Of a stretch of 35,346 nt of DNA, positions 1 to 12,555 are shown in pieces. This DNA comes from Bigelowiella natans CCMP2755 (taxonomy: Eukaryota > Protista > Cercozoa). A model generated the notes under the pieces. It did no database searches and was not told the origin of the DNA. It saw only the letters and a list, made by a program, of their open reading frames with translations. A program made the translations under genes and the position numbers. Where the stretch lies: contig ADNK01003011.1 in the NCBI GenBank assembly GCA_000320545.1, positions 1 to 35,346 on the forward strand, read 5' to 3'. Numbering within the stretch: position 1 is the first letter of the stretch; the number at the start of each line of letters is the position of its first letter.

Positions 1-161
1 ATGTCTTCTACACTCAGTGGAAGAGATTGCACACGATCAAGATCTTGCGCAACAGTACTTATATATCCACACAACACGAGACACATATTTAAATGAAATG
101 AAGACCCCATCGTGATTATACGCTTGTTACACTCCCCGCGTATATGATTTCGCACGCGCAG

Positions 162-192
<31 letters not shown>

Positions 193-524
193 GAATGACT
201 ATCTATGTAATTAGAAATGTTCTCTTCCTGACGTGTGGTATATGGAAAATATGCAAGATACATAATTTCAACATTTAACCATTTTTTGACTTTTCTCTAC
301 AAAAAACCATATTGATGTGATGTTTAAGGCCTTCCATGTGGGTGTGTGCATAAATACGGTTATACTGCCCGTGCAAAATCATTTACGCGGAAAGTCAAAC
401 AAGCATATAATCACGATGGGTCTTCATTTCATTTAAATATGTGTCTCGTATTGTGTTGATATATTAGTACTGTTGCTCAAGATCTTGATCGTCTGCAATC
501 TCTTCCACTGAGTTAAGAAGACAT
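1..524. repeat. Long imperfect inverted repeat, arms about 1-165 and 361-524; left arm cut by the window edge
   Basis: The reverse complement of 361-524 aligns to 1-165 with scattered substitutions and small indels, roughly 90% by eye. The spacer contains (CA)n at 165-192. Confidence 0.95.
18..115 (+). CDS. Terminal exon of a hypothetical gene entering from the left edge (inverted paralog of the gene at 464-1347)
   Basis: Acceptor ctcAG at 13-17, then (G)TG GAA GAG ATT GCA CAC GAT CAA GAT CTT GCG CAA CAG TAC TTA... to TGA 113-115, i.e. VEEIAHDQDLAQQYLYIHTTRDTYLNEMKTPS*. Near-identical to the minus-strand last exon at 464-507. Confidence 0.5.
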
Positions 525-1347
525 TGAGAAAGAGGATTCAGTCAGGCACTTTGCACTACTTGATATCCAACAGCAAGCCTGTCTAGAAGTTGTCATAGAC
601 ATGATTCATTCATCTATTATGTTCACCTTCATTTCTTCGTTTTCTTGCATGCGCAAGTCTGCGGAGATCGTTTAATTTTGTGGTAGCTGGATTTTTATTC
701 ATCATCTGCATAGAAGTGGAGTTGACTCAGACTGTTTACGATGATAAACCTAGCTTGATCCGGCGAAACAAATCAATACCTTGAGCATCATCTCCATGGA
801 AGATGCAAATTGTTCTACACGATCTCTTGCATCCTTTTGATTTAGTCACAAGATCAGATGAATCGTCGCCTCTTACCGACAACATTACGGTTCTTCTCAA
901 AACTACACTATTTTGTTTATTACCGGATCTTCAATAGTATCAGCAAAATCCTGTATCTCATACAGCGTCAATTCACCCAGCTTGCCTTTGAATAAAAATT
1001 TAAACTATTATTTCCGGAAAAAGGGAACGATGAGTGGAGTCACAGGCTCTGCAGCATGTACACATAAATAATAATTAGAAGAAAAGATCTAGGTATCCAC
1101 GGGTGGCCAACGCTCCATTACAAGCTTGGGTGCGCAGTCTCATATTGACACCAACATAATTATATAAAAATTGAAATAAATACCTCTTCCATCATAAGAA
1201 TGTGCCTTCGGATAAGTGTCAAAGGATTCCATTAATTCTTCATAGTCGGCATTTGGATCATAAGCAGCGAATACACTGTTTCGGAAACAATCAGTTTTTA
1301 TTTCACAGATGAGGGGTTGGTGCTCAAAATTGAATGTGAAGGGACAC
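464..1347 (-). CDS. Hypothetical multi-exon protein (5' end unresolved)
   Basis: GT-AG-bounded exons read CPFTFNFEHQPLICEIKTDCFRNSVFAAYDPNADYEELMESFDTYPKAHSYDGR / LGELTLYEIQDFADTIEDP / DARDRVEQFASSMEMMLK / MMNKNPATTKLNDLRRLAHARKRRNE / VEEIADDQDLEQQY*, stop at 464-466. One internal junction near 1000-1140 is ambiguous. No family recognised. Confidence 0.6.
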
Positions 1348-2091
1348 CTGAAAACGAAGAGGGTGACCAGTAGTCTCGTGGCAAATGGCATCGTCATCAA
1401 AGCTAGAGTACGACGGGGGTGGGGTACCACGGCACAGTTGAATAGATTTTCAGACCACAATGTTAATAAAATTTCACAGGTTTATACTTATACATATGAA
1501 TTACTATTGTTTTTAGATAGCGTCATGATGCAAGAGTTTTTCTATGTCGAAATAAGCTTAAACGGGAAAGAAAATAATCTGAATTGCTGTTGATATCTTT
1601 GCCTCTTATGATTGCGACTCAAGAAATTGACAGTCGCATTGAGTATACATAGCATGATTCACTACTACTTTTTCCATTAAATTTTGAGTCGCACATTTAA
1701 ATTCAATTGAAAAAATGTTGTCTGAGTCAGCAGGATTTGTTGTCGCAGACTGAAAAAGTAAAATGTTGTTATCAGATTTGAAATATCCACATAATGATCA
1801 ATTAATGTGATTTACTCGGTACAACTTTCAAAATATTTGGACAATTTACATATATTAGCCTGTAAAACATAACATCGAGGTACATTTGTGATTCGATTAT
1901 GGACAACATAAGCTTATTAAGAAATATTCCAGATTAAATTCTGATATGAAAGGATTATGGATATTAATTCTTCTATAAATATAGCAAAAAAATCTTATAT
2001 GGTGATGTCTTATATACTTTTTGTAGGCTTTTATTAAATATTCTCGTACACGGGGACTGGAAGCTATCTGAAGCACAATCTGTTGGAAGGA

Positions 2092-4484
2092 ATGGCGTCG
2101 AAGGGCACCACGGCCGCTACAAAGGCTGCTGACGAACTCTGGGGAGAGAACGAACAGAGCGAACTTGACAAGAAGATAGCTGAATGGACTGTGGATCAGA
2201 TCAAGAGGCGGTCTCAAATTCTGAATGACAACAGCCGAATCATCAAGTCAGATGTGTCCAGGCTAATGCTAGAAAACAAAAACATCGAGGCCAAAATCAA
2301 GGAAAACAAAGAAAAAATCAAGTTGAATAAGCAGCTTCCCTATCTTGTTGCAAATGTTGTCGAGGTACTAGAAAACCCCTACTCAAAAGAAACACTAGAT
2401 GTAAACCAACTCAATTGAAAGTCTCTTTAAACCGTAGCTTGGATTACAATTTTCATTCGGCAATCTAATCTTACATTGCAATCCACTATTGCTTCGTTCG
2501 AAAGATCATTAGTTTTAATTTACCTTCATTCGATATTATGTTTCAGATTTTGGATATGAATGAGGAAAAAACTGAGGAGGATGGCGCAGCTGTGGACCTA
2601 AATGCCGTGAGGAAGGATAAATGCGTTGTTGTGAAGACCTCCACACGACAGGTTCGATACCTTAACTTTATGCACGCACGCACACACATAAACGCACCGT
2701 TTGTATGTGCATCTTTAAAAATATTTATTTACGTAAGTAAATAGCTAAATAAAAAATAACTGTGCGTAGTCATAAAGTCCGGCCATTCGTGTTACCCCCC
2801 TTGTTTACTAATACTTTTCTGTTTGGTCCTGTTATTAGACTGTCTTTCTTCCAGTCATCGGCCTCGTAGAAGCCAAGGAATTGAAGCCTGGAGAATTAGT
2901 GGGTGTCAACAAAGACAGCTACCTCATTTTGGATAAACTCCCCGCCGAGTAATTGTTATTGTCAAGCGAAATCGTATCGTGTGTTCATATTAGATGTAGC
3001 ACTTCATATATGAATCAGCGAGAACACTTTATTTCTTACTTTCTTTTCTGGTAGGTATGACTCTCGCGTTAAAGCGATGGAAGTGGACGAAAGGCCGACC
3101 GAAGATTATGGTGATATTGGAGGGTTGAATAAACAGATTCAGGAGCTGCGAGAAGCTATTGTGCGCCCTATTACTCATGCGGACCTTTTCAAAAAAATTG
3201 GCATTAAACCACCAAAAGGTATGTATGCCAATTTCAAGCTTTCAGACAATTAGAAATTCAAAGGTTTCAGTAATTTAGAAATTCAATGTTGTCGTTTGTA
3301 GAAAACCGGCCCATCATTCTCATTCTGATTAAGTGCTAAACCATACATTAAGTTATCATAAAACCGTCATCATCATAATTATCACCAGGGGTATTGATGT
3401 ACGGACCTCCTGGAACTGGTAAGACTCTCCTTGCTCGAGCTTGTGCGGCGAAAACGAAGGCATGTTTCTTGAAGATTGCCGCGACACAACTTGTACAGGT
3501 TGCATTATTCAAAATAGTATTCATTAGCTCTCTCTTATTGCCTCTTAGATTCTGTCCTTTAGATTCTATCCTCACTTACCTCCTTCACTTCGCCGCAGTT
3601 GTGTACAAAAAGAAAATAACCTTCCTTCTTAGATGTTTATTGGGGATGGAGCGAAGCTAGTACGTGATGCATTCGCTCTTGCTCGTGAGAACGCGCCGGC
3701 CATTATCTTTGTAAGAAGCACTGATTCTACCAAATACACATATTTAGCAAGGATTTTTCGTTGATAGATAGGATTTATGACATTGAATTAAAACACGTTA
3801 CTGTTCTTCGCTGATGTTATTACTTACACAATATGTAGATCGATGAGATTGATGCTATTGGAACAAAGAGGTTCGATAGTGATAAATCCGGTGATCGAGA
3901 AGTTCAGCGAACTATGCTTGAACTGCTAAACCAGCTTGATGGGTTTAGCAGCGATGATCGTATCAAGGTTACTAACGAGTTGTATTCGTCGTCGTCGTCG
4001 TCGTAGTAGTAGTGGTAGTAGTAGCATTTTCAACAGTCGCTCAATAGCATTTGTGCTGCTGTTACAGGTTATTGCTGCAACGAACCGTCCTGATATTCTT
4101 GACCCTGCTCTTCTACGATCTGGGCGTCTTGATCGCAAGATTGAGTTTCCTCATCCTGATGAAAAAGGAAGGGCTCAGATTCTTCGTATTCACTCAAATA
4201 AAATGAACGTTCACCAAGGTGCGTGAATTTGGATTTTTGCGTTCGAATGCCTCTAATGAAATAATTATTGAATTTCTCCCCTCCATTTTTCAGAGGATGT
4301 GAATTTTGAAGAATTGGCGCGTTGCACTGAGGATTTCAATGGTGCGCAGCTTAAGGCAGTTTGTATCGAAGCGGGGATGATAGCATTGCGAGAAAATAAA
4401 GATTCATTAGATCACCACGCGTTCATGGAGGGTATAAACGAAGTCAGAGCAAAGAAGAAAATGGATCTTAAGTACTATGCATAA
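2092..4484 (+). CDS. RPT5: 26S proteasome AAA-ATPase regulatory subunit 6A (RPT5/PSMC3), 9 exons
   Basis: Exons 2092-2364, 2547-2651, 2839-2948, 3055-3218, 3389-3498, 3633-3710, 3839-3967, 4068-4218, 4294-4484, all GT-AG. Motifs [29 protein letters not shown], Walker A GPPGTGKT, Walker [36 protein letters not shown], and C-terminal HbYX YYA. Confidence 0.98.
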
Positions 4485-4619
4485 TTAGACCGCTGTTGTT
4501 ACCTAGTCACAATGGTAATGATGTCGTTATGCATATGTTTCAAATTCAACGCAGTCAAAAGCATTTGTTCCTAAGCATCTCATAAAACAAAATCTTCGCA
4601 TGCACATCTGGCGCATGAA

Positions 4620-5530
4620 ACACTTGCAAGTCTAACAACAATGATGAATTCCTGGACCTGTGCGACATGGCAGTCTCGCAGTGCGGCGAACACTATTGAC
4701 AACACAGCTAGACAGCACATCTAGATCTAGAGATGAGCATCACACCGACTAGGCATGGCTAGATGGCTAGATCGTACCGAAAATCGACCGCTCACTTCAC
4801 GTCTAGACGTGCAGACTCGCATTGTATAAAACGTAGCTATAGCTCTCTAGCTAGCTCTGGAACCACATCTAGATATGTCTAGCCATGCTAGCATGCACAT
4901 GTGTAGACAACTCTAGCTAGATTAGAACTGATCTAATGCAAGCGATAGCTAGTAAGGCACAAAGGATCATCGCATTCTGAGCCAACGTACGTGCTAGTAG
5001 CGTGGACCATTCTAGCATTCTAGCTACTACATGGCATCATTGGAGCCAACAACATCGGAGTGCTAGACTAGCACGTAGAGTGCCGCGTCTAGTCCTAGTC
5101 CACTGCTACTCCGCATGTAACATGCTAGCAGTGCGTGGCGGCATCGGCATCTGCGGTCCACACAGTGCATTGCCGGACTGCTCCGCGCCCATTACTCGCA
5201 CTTCTGTGCTCTAGCTGTAGTACTTGCTAGCTTGGTTAGACAGATCAGGCATGCTGCCACAGTGCTATCTAGCTATGGCTAGCAGAGTGGTCAGCATCGC
5301 ATCGCATCTCTGTCCATGCATGGTTCACATGTAGCACTGCTAGACTGCCCTAGTGTCCTCTGTGCATGCAATGTGCAGTGTGATCTAGTGGCCTGTCTTG
5401 CAAGGCATGTACGTCTTGCATGCGCGAGCAGGTTCATTGGGTCGTGACAGATCTAAGAGATCACACCGGTGCGTGCGCACATGCACATGCACAGGTGGTG
5501 GATGATGCACAGGTGGTGGATGCGTGTGAG
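4620..5530. other. CTAG/CATG/TGCA micro-palindrome island 1 (convergent intergenic)
   Basis: About 30 CTAG counted by eye in 4708-5390, against about 3 expected at random. No credible ORF. Lies between the RPT5 stop and the stop of the minus gene at 5556. Confidence 0.85.
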
Positions 5531-5555
5531 CCGATGCTTGTTCTTAGTTCCAATG

Positions 5556-6714
5556 CTAACCACCACTACCACCTTCTGTGCTGCTACTACTACTACTGCT
5601 ACTGCCACTTTCACTGCTACTGTCGCTTCTTGCACCAACACGGTTGCTACCGTCATTGCAACCTCCAATGCTACCAATGATATGTCTACTTTTTGGTTTG
5701 TGTGGAGTTTCTTGGCGAGCTCCTAGTCTCCCATTGTCGTGCTCTTCTTCACATTTACTGCTCAGAGGAAAGTTTGAAATTTGTGGCACCTGGGTCACGC
5801 CTTTGGTGGCAAAATGTACCCTTTTTTGATTGACTGGCTGTTTTCTTTCTGAAGAATTTTGCAGAATGGCCTTCAAATGTGAAGCCAATTTCAAAGAACT
5901 CTTTCGGATGGAATCGTTCTTTGAGATAACATCTACAGTTGTTTGTCTTGTTTTTCGAGTACTTGCATGCACGATGATCTGCATTAAAATGCTTTCATCC
6001 ATGCTTACCCTAAGACAAATTGAAAAATAACGAAGATCAACACTTCTTTGAATCGGGTTAATGTCTTAATGCAATATGTTAATTACCATTCTTTCAGCTC
6101 ATCATCGCATATTGGAGCTCCATACACACTCTAATTAGGAATAAAAATAAGCACTAGATAAAATTACAAGAAATTTTGTATTACCTGTATAAAAACTAAC
6201 AGGCGATTTGCGGAGGTAGGGTCAAAATGTTGTTTAAGGGCAACTTCGAGGCCCTTCTGCGACACTCGGCCACATCCCTGTGACATTTTAACCGCCGTTT
6301 CCACTGCCTGTAGAACAAGGTTAGACAAGCAATCAGATGATAACGTTTTCCACAAAACGATAAAATAGTCATTAATTTTGTACTACACGCGAAAGTAGCC
6401 ACCTTCTCTGCTTGTAGCTTCACAAAGCCTTGACACAGAAGGTTCATGTCCACAAGAATTTGGTCATGGTTTTGACCCCTCTCTGCATCGTTTGCAACTG
6501 ATGTCCAGTTGTTATGCAACTTGATAGCGTTAATCGCTACGCATTGTGAAATTCCGTGATGTTCTAATAAGTTTAGCGCTTTCTCGTATCTTAGAACTTT
6601 GTTCTGAAGGAGATGTATGTCTGTGAGCAGCGCATGTAAAGAAATATGATTGCCATCCATGTTTTCCTGTATCATTGTCATTTTGTTTGATTTGTTTCCT
6701 GAACTGTACTCTAT
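5556..6714 (-). CDS. Hypothetical multi-exon protein with Ser-rich C-terminal tail (5' end unresolved)
   Basis: ORF pieces join via GT-AG introns: ...MTMIQENMDG...KLQAEK / AVETAVKMSQGCG...LLVFIQ / SVYGAPICDDELKEW / VSMDESILMQ...SSSSSTEGGSGG*. No family recognised. Confidence 0.6.
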
Positions 6715-7601
6715 CTATCTTTCAGCTGCAAGTATTACAACTATTGATACCGCGGCAAGTAAACTATTTACTGCAGCGTACTCCGAATCTCCGGTAAACG
6801 GTAGTGATGCAGTTTTTGTGACTATCCACTAGAATTCTCTTTCCTCTCGACTCCTCTCGGCAGAAGTTTATTCACTTGCCATAAATGAAGGTCACGCCAT
6901 TTGCGGTATTGAGTTGTATTTTACTGCATGTATAAAGTTGACAGGGGACCGGATCGAAGCGTTGTTGGGTGCATCCGTCGTCGCCTTTCTCGTCGTCGGG
7001 GGGTTATGTGATCACTCGTTGCTGGCTGGAATTACCCCCGTATTTAATTAAGCGACAACAAAAGTTATTGTCGTATGAAGAAAATTGATGATTCAAAGGA
7101 TTGGTAAGCCCCCCCTAAAAAAATGTACATGACAAATATCTCCGAGAATGGACTTTGTCACAAGATCCATGCCTGTTTTTACTAAAAAGGGGATCCTTTT
7201 ATGCTAAAGTAATACAGGTGGTGGGGTATTTTATTCATTAGAGGCGTAGGGAAGTAAAAGAACGGGTACTCATCGCAGTGGCAAAAAAAAACGACAAAAC
7301 AAAAGATGTGAGGATATTTGTCCTAAATCTCCTTAAAATATCCGGTCACAGGTTTCCTGCCGAAACTAGAGAAAAAAAATGTTTTTTCATGACGCACATT
7401 GATAAAGAATCGCAAAACATTTGTACGACTTGGTTCTTCATCATCCTGTAAATGAAGGTGATTTCGGTGATGAGCAGCTTCGATATAGTTGTCGCATGTA
7501 GGTTGTCGGCTATGTAATTGTGTGCACGTGAGCTCTCTCTCGTCGTCGATAATAACAGTGTTACATCGTCGGGAAGAAGAGCAGCTACACGCAATCGGAC
7601 A

Positions 7602-8445
7602 ATGATTTCTCAGGACTTTCGAATCTTGAGAATAGTGCTCCTTCTAGTCTTGCCTATGTTTGCTGCGAGTCAGATCGGTATGTCATACATGTTTTTTGAG
7701 AAAATCGAATCGTTGAAGAGAAATGAATGGCCTATTGCTGCTCCGGTGGCCGACTACTATGTTTTCTGATTAGGTTGTGTACCGGGGAGAACTTTCAGAA
7801 GTTATCGAATCACAGATTCTAGCTCAACAAATATTTGGTGGGGCCAAGAAGCGAAGCATCGATTGAAAATATCGGGTGAAAGAGGGATAATATCATCAGA
7901 GAGGGTATCATCGTTTCATTCGTCTCCTCCGGTAAGAAGACTTGGCAGGGTTCGACGCCACGCTGCGACTTCACCGGGCAGCAACATCAGAGATAGAGAA
8001 GAAAAAGAAGAAAAAGGGCATCAGTTGAAACTAGCAGATTCCAGACGACGGGGTTCTTTGCATCGTATCCTTGGAATGAGTAGTTTTATTTGTTTGAGGG
8101 ATATGCTGCTGACTCGTGGAAGAAAAGGTAATCGGAAAACTTTCCCCAATAAAGATGACAACGATAACTAAAAGAGCCTTAACAACTCCATTTTCATACT
8201 TCTACTACGTCTTGTCTGACACCAGCGATTTGCTGTAAATGTTCCTTTGATCAGCATTTGCCCAAGATTTTTCTTCAGTCGTATCTCCAAGTAGCAGTTC
8301 TACTTCACCTGCAATTCCGACAGACTTCATCTCAAAACAACCCATCACTTCTTCGCAACCAGAAGTGACAACCAAAATATTTCTTGATATTGGTTTATGC
8401 CCCCTTAATCAGGACCAAGCTAGTGAGTAGTTACCTGGGATACGT

Positions 8446-8481
<36 letters not shown>

Positions 8482-9588
8482 AGTCACAACAGTATCATGG
8501 TGGGGAACAACTACGAGGGAGTATAAGTTGTTTCCCTACACATACGAAGGACAACACAACATGGTGATGGTGGCTGTTGGTGCTACGGGAAAAGAAGAGA
8601 ACATGATTAAAAAAGAGGAGGAGGAGGAGGAACAGCTGACTTGATAAATTTACCGGGAAAAATCAAACTATTTAAAGTCGTATTCCCTTTTCCTCTTGCT
8701 ACAGTAAGTAGTAGCAGCTGTGTCTCCACCAACATTGATGCTAGGGACGGCACTTGATCATCATCTCTTAATCTCAGTATAATCGTCTTCAATCCAATCC
8801 TTCTTGATGTCGCAGGAACCATGGATACGAACACTGCCATTTGCTCTGATCCTGTCACATTAGGAAGGTCGTAGTTATTGTTGCACACATGATGACAGTG
8901 CATTATTGTTATTATGTATTATTTCTCACGGTCGTCCCTCTCTACTGAGTTGATCCTCCTCCTCCTCCTCCTCCTCCTCCTCCTCCTCCTTCTCTTCCTC
9001 CTCTTTTTCCTAGAGTTGTGATAGGGTTGTATGGAAACGTCGCTCCTGATTCAGTAACCAACTTCCAAAAATTGGCAGCCTTGAAGGTGGAAGAGTAATC
9101 ATTGTTGCGAAAATGATAAATTGAATACTGGAGAAAGAGGGCGGTGAGTTTTTGAGATGTTAATTATCATGTAGGTCGGAGGCTATAAAGGAAGTGTATT
9201 TCAGGTATATTTGGCAATAGGAGCAAGTAGCAATTCAATTATCATTTACCCTAGAGGATAAGGAGGGAGGGAAGGAGGGAGGGAGGGAGGGAGTGTAGGT
9301 GCATGGCTGATAATATAGGTAGCAGAAACTCCAAGGCATCATCATCGCTCACTCCTCCTCCATCGTATTATAATACATATCTGTAAGCATATCTAACAAT
9401 ACTACCACATTCCGTCTTCACGTATTATTAATGCTGATACTGTGAGTTGCACCATTCAATGAGAAGGTTGGCTCCCTTACCCATGTCCTCCTCCTCCTCC
9501 TTCTCCTCACTATTCTCATGAACTAATAACTCACAGGAGATACATAGAGGCGAGTACATCCTTGCTGGGAGACAGGGACGGGTAAACT

Positions 9589-9624
<36 letters not shown>

Positions 9625-11232
9625 TAGCTAAGCCACCACGGCCTACACTAGCAGCAAATGCAACGCACAAGAAGCATTACAATGAGCAGGTGAAAAAAGG
9701 CTACATAGATCCCCTATGGAGGCCATCATCAAACAAAGATATCACGAACCCAAAAGCACTAGCCCTTCGTTCTCAAGGACCTGGTAGTAGTAGTAGTAGT
9801 TGTAGTAGTAGTAGTAGTAGAATAAAAAAGAAGAAGTACAAGTAACAGCACTATTATTCGAGAAATAGATAGATAATGTATGATGGTGAGTAATCACGGT
9901 ATATTGCTGCTACTATAATCCAGATATTACTACTGCTACGACAACTAATACTACAACTACTACTACTACTACATCATGATAGGTACAGTGTCGGTTTTGT
10001 TTCAAGGAGGCCTCACCGATGGTATTATTATAGTCAGTGATGATGATGACGCAATGATAAAAATGATGATAATGATGATGATGATGATGATAGGAGCCTC
10101 AAATTTTCTAGTTAGTATGATGATGATGACGATGATGATGATGATGATGATGATGATGACAGTAATGATCAATTCACGTATTACAGACGATGAAGAAACC
10201 TTTTTTTACTTGTGTTGTTGTTCCTTGGCATCAGGTATCGGGTCTATCTTCTCAATATCTACCACCTCCAAAGTATCACAGGAACTTGAAGAAAAAAGTC
10301 TGGTTGTAGGAAGGGTATTAGGTAGTAACGAATAGCAGATAGTCTTAAAAGAAATGCTAGTGCAACAATCATGATAAAGAATATGGTTAAGATTATGAAG
10401 ATTATTACTATTCGCGCATTGCGGAAATCACTATTAGCAACATAATAGTAATTAGAATAAGAGAAACAGCAGCAGAAGAGAAAGAATATACGTAGTAGTG
10501 TAGATAAAAATAATATCTGTTGGCAGTAAATTTTGAATATTGTGCGCAATTCCTTTTTCTTGGCGTTTCTTTCTAGGCTTGTTTGTTGAAATCAATGTAA
10601 TATTCTGGTGTATGTTTATTTGCCCCCTTCTTCTTACGTGTGATCTTCAAAATACCATTAATATTCTATATACATAGAAGGCTTTTCAATTTTATTTCTA
10701 GTTGGTAGTATTGAGTCAGAAGCTATACTGCAACTGAAGTGTCTCCCGATGTAGACTGAAACATGAACGGTTTTAAGTAGTGAAGCTCATAGCAGACACA
10801 GCAGCAAAGGAAAACGCATTTGTCTTCTACTATTATAGCTCTAGCCTCAGTTTCAAACCGATGCCTTGCTCTTATCTCGTTCCTGTTGTTTTTCCTATTT
10901 ATTTGTTGTGGTAGAGGGTATGGAAGTGATTTCTCAAATCGATCAAATTCCAACTTTCCGGCCAAGTGGCACCTTCACGCAAGTGTACGCAAGCCCACAC
11001 GCATATACACCACGGCCTTGGACATACACAGCTACCTACTAATTCACTATCGATGAAACCAGTTATGTACGAAGTTATCAAAGTACCAAACCATGCATAC
11101 TCGAGGTAGTAACTGTATTATTCGTTTCTGTATCAGAGAAAGGAGCTTTAACTTAATCGGAGGAGCATTAGGAGACCAGAGAGCGGCACGGTAGAAATCT
11201 ATTGTGACAATGATTATATCATATTTAGAAGT

Positions 11233-11268
<36 letters not shown>

Positions 11269-11504
11269 GGTTTACAGTAAGAGTAGATACATGCTGTCAC
11301 CAAAATAATATAGTTATTGGCTGGATGATAAACAGATCTTACATTTATCATCTTTCCTAGTGTTCCTTTCACCGTAGGGACGTTATTATCATCACCATCA
11401 TCCATTTCTGATCTGATTGTTGGGCATCGATTAGTGCAAGAGAGAGTTGGGTGAAGCCTAAGATCACCGTGCTTATTATGGACTCTGGGATATTGGCGCC
11501 ATGA
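7602..11504 (+). CDS. CYP28: Cyclophilin-type peptidyl-prolyl isomerase, thylakoid-lumen CYP28-like, with signal + transit leader
   Basis: Spliced peptides PEVTTKIFLDIGLCP / RTMDTNTAICSDPVTLGR / VVIGLYGNVAPDSVTNF / GYKGSVFQ / EIHRGEYILAGRQG / NKDITNPKALAL / LVVGRVL / EGMEVISQIDQIPTFRPS / FNLIGGALGDQRAAR / ARESWVKPKITVLIMDSGILAP* follow the plant CYP28 motif order (LCP...CSD..PLGRVVLGLYG, YFLAGRQG, IPTYKPS, LGDERA, W.RP). Junctions near 10020-10235 are ambiguous. Confidence 0.88.
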
Positions 11505-11884
11505 GCTAGATTAAGCAATTAACTACATAAGGAATCTAGTGATTTTGATTCAACAAATCGAACAATCGGCAGTTGCCCCTTATTGCTTGATATGTAGACA
11601 CTAACCATAGCTTTGAATGCGTCGCACGTTTGAGTCAGTCAATGCCTAATGACAGAATGGCGTGCCAAGTAATTTCTGGTTTGAATTTCAAACAGTCAGC
11701 TACCTTGCTATGTATAATAAGCACAGCGCAATGCCGCCACCAATCATTGCTCTATCCGTATGTGAGCCATCATCGGCCAGCTATTTTTCATGCCCGCTTG
11801 ATAATTATCCTGCATCGTCCCAGTTTGTCATATATGTGGCGGAAAGTTTCCCGTGAAGCTATTGCTAATAGACACGTAATATCT

Positions 11885-12027
11885 TGTGAGACGGATGTAA
11901 TGAATCAAGTTAGATTTGTCCAATAATGGTCATCCCCATGAAGCTGTGCAAAGTAGCGGTACATTGCATTGTTGCATGCATGTGAGACGGATGTAATGAT
12001 ATGATCAAATCATTTCAATGGTCATCC
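11885..12027. repeat. Degenerate tandem duplication (about 96 bp period) with hairpin potential
   Basis: TGTGAGACGGATGTAATGA at 11885-11903 and 11981-11999; AATGGTCATCC at 11925-11935 and 12017-12027. Confidence 0.8.
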
Positions 12028-12540
12028 TAATTATAATGTAGCTATATTACAACAGATCGACTATGCAAAGCTTGCAGTGGCTATGCTAGTATGCTGCATG
12101 TGCAGCATGTGCAGCATGTGGCATAGTCCTGTCTACCTTTGTCTAGTTGTCTACAATGAATAAAACTCACCAAAATGATCTCCGATGGTTTGACTGTTGT
12201 GAGGATTCAAATGAGAATGCAAGCATGATTGTCCGTCGTTTTTTGGCAACTCAAGATTTGCCTGCGCCGCACAGGAAGGAAATATGCACCCAATAATAAA
12301 AATACTAGCATGCGTGTGCAATCATTTTGCCATAATAGACACAGCATTGCCTAATGCAGAGCTAGCCAGACTGCGTGCACATGCATGCACACTTGCTACA
12401 GACCAAATGCACAATAACAGCCGCAATATGTGAACACATGCGACGTGTGCAGCTGACACCACACATGAGCACGTAGTCTTCATGGTCTCTGCTGTGTAAA
12501 TGTACAAATGTATGCAACCGTGTGGCAGGCATCGTTTTAA
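11940..12540. other. Micro-palindrome island 2, CATG/TGCA-dominated (convergent intergenic)
   Basis: Dense GCATG/ATGCA/GTGCAC runs such as gcatgtgcagcatgtgcagcatgtg and tgcgtgcacatgcatgcacac, between the CYP28 stop and the coiled-coil gene stop. Confidence 0.7.
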
Positions 12541-12555
12541 CAAACAACTTGTTGT

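Noticed and set aside
1-524. MITE with long terminal inverted repeats
   Set aside because: The arms contain a splice acceptor and an in-phase terminal exon of the neighbouring gene, and no target-site duplication is visible. Inverted gene duplication fits better, though the left boundary is outside the window.
5487-5522. 18 bp two-copy tandem repeat ATGCACAGGTGGTGGATG
   Set aside because: Only two copies at the island edge; ordinary local slippage duplication.
4620-5530. CRISPR array or coding ORFs (5002-5214, 5420-5680) in the CTAG island
   Set aside because: No constant-length repeat/spacer periodicity and no cas genes; the ORFs have no motifs or splice support.
5805-5813. GGTGGCAAA (yeast PACE/Rpn4 element) near RPT5
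   Set aside because: It lies 1.3 kb downstream of RPT5 inside another gene's coding exon, and Rpn4 is fungal. Chance match.
11885-12027. SECIS element or C/D snoRNA
   Set aside because: No in-frame Sec UGA in adjacent genes, no proper non-Watson-Crick quartet, and no correctly placed C/D boxes.
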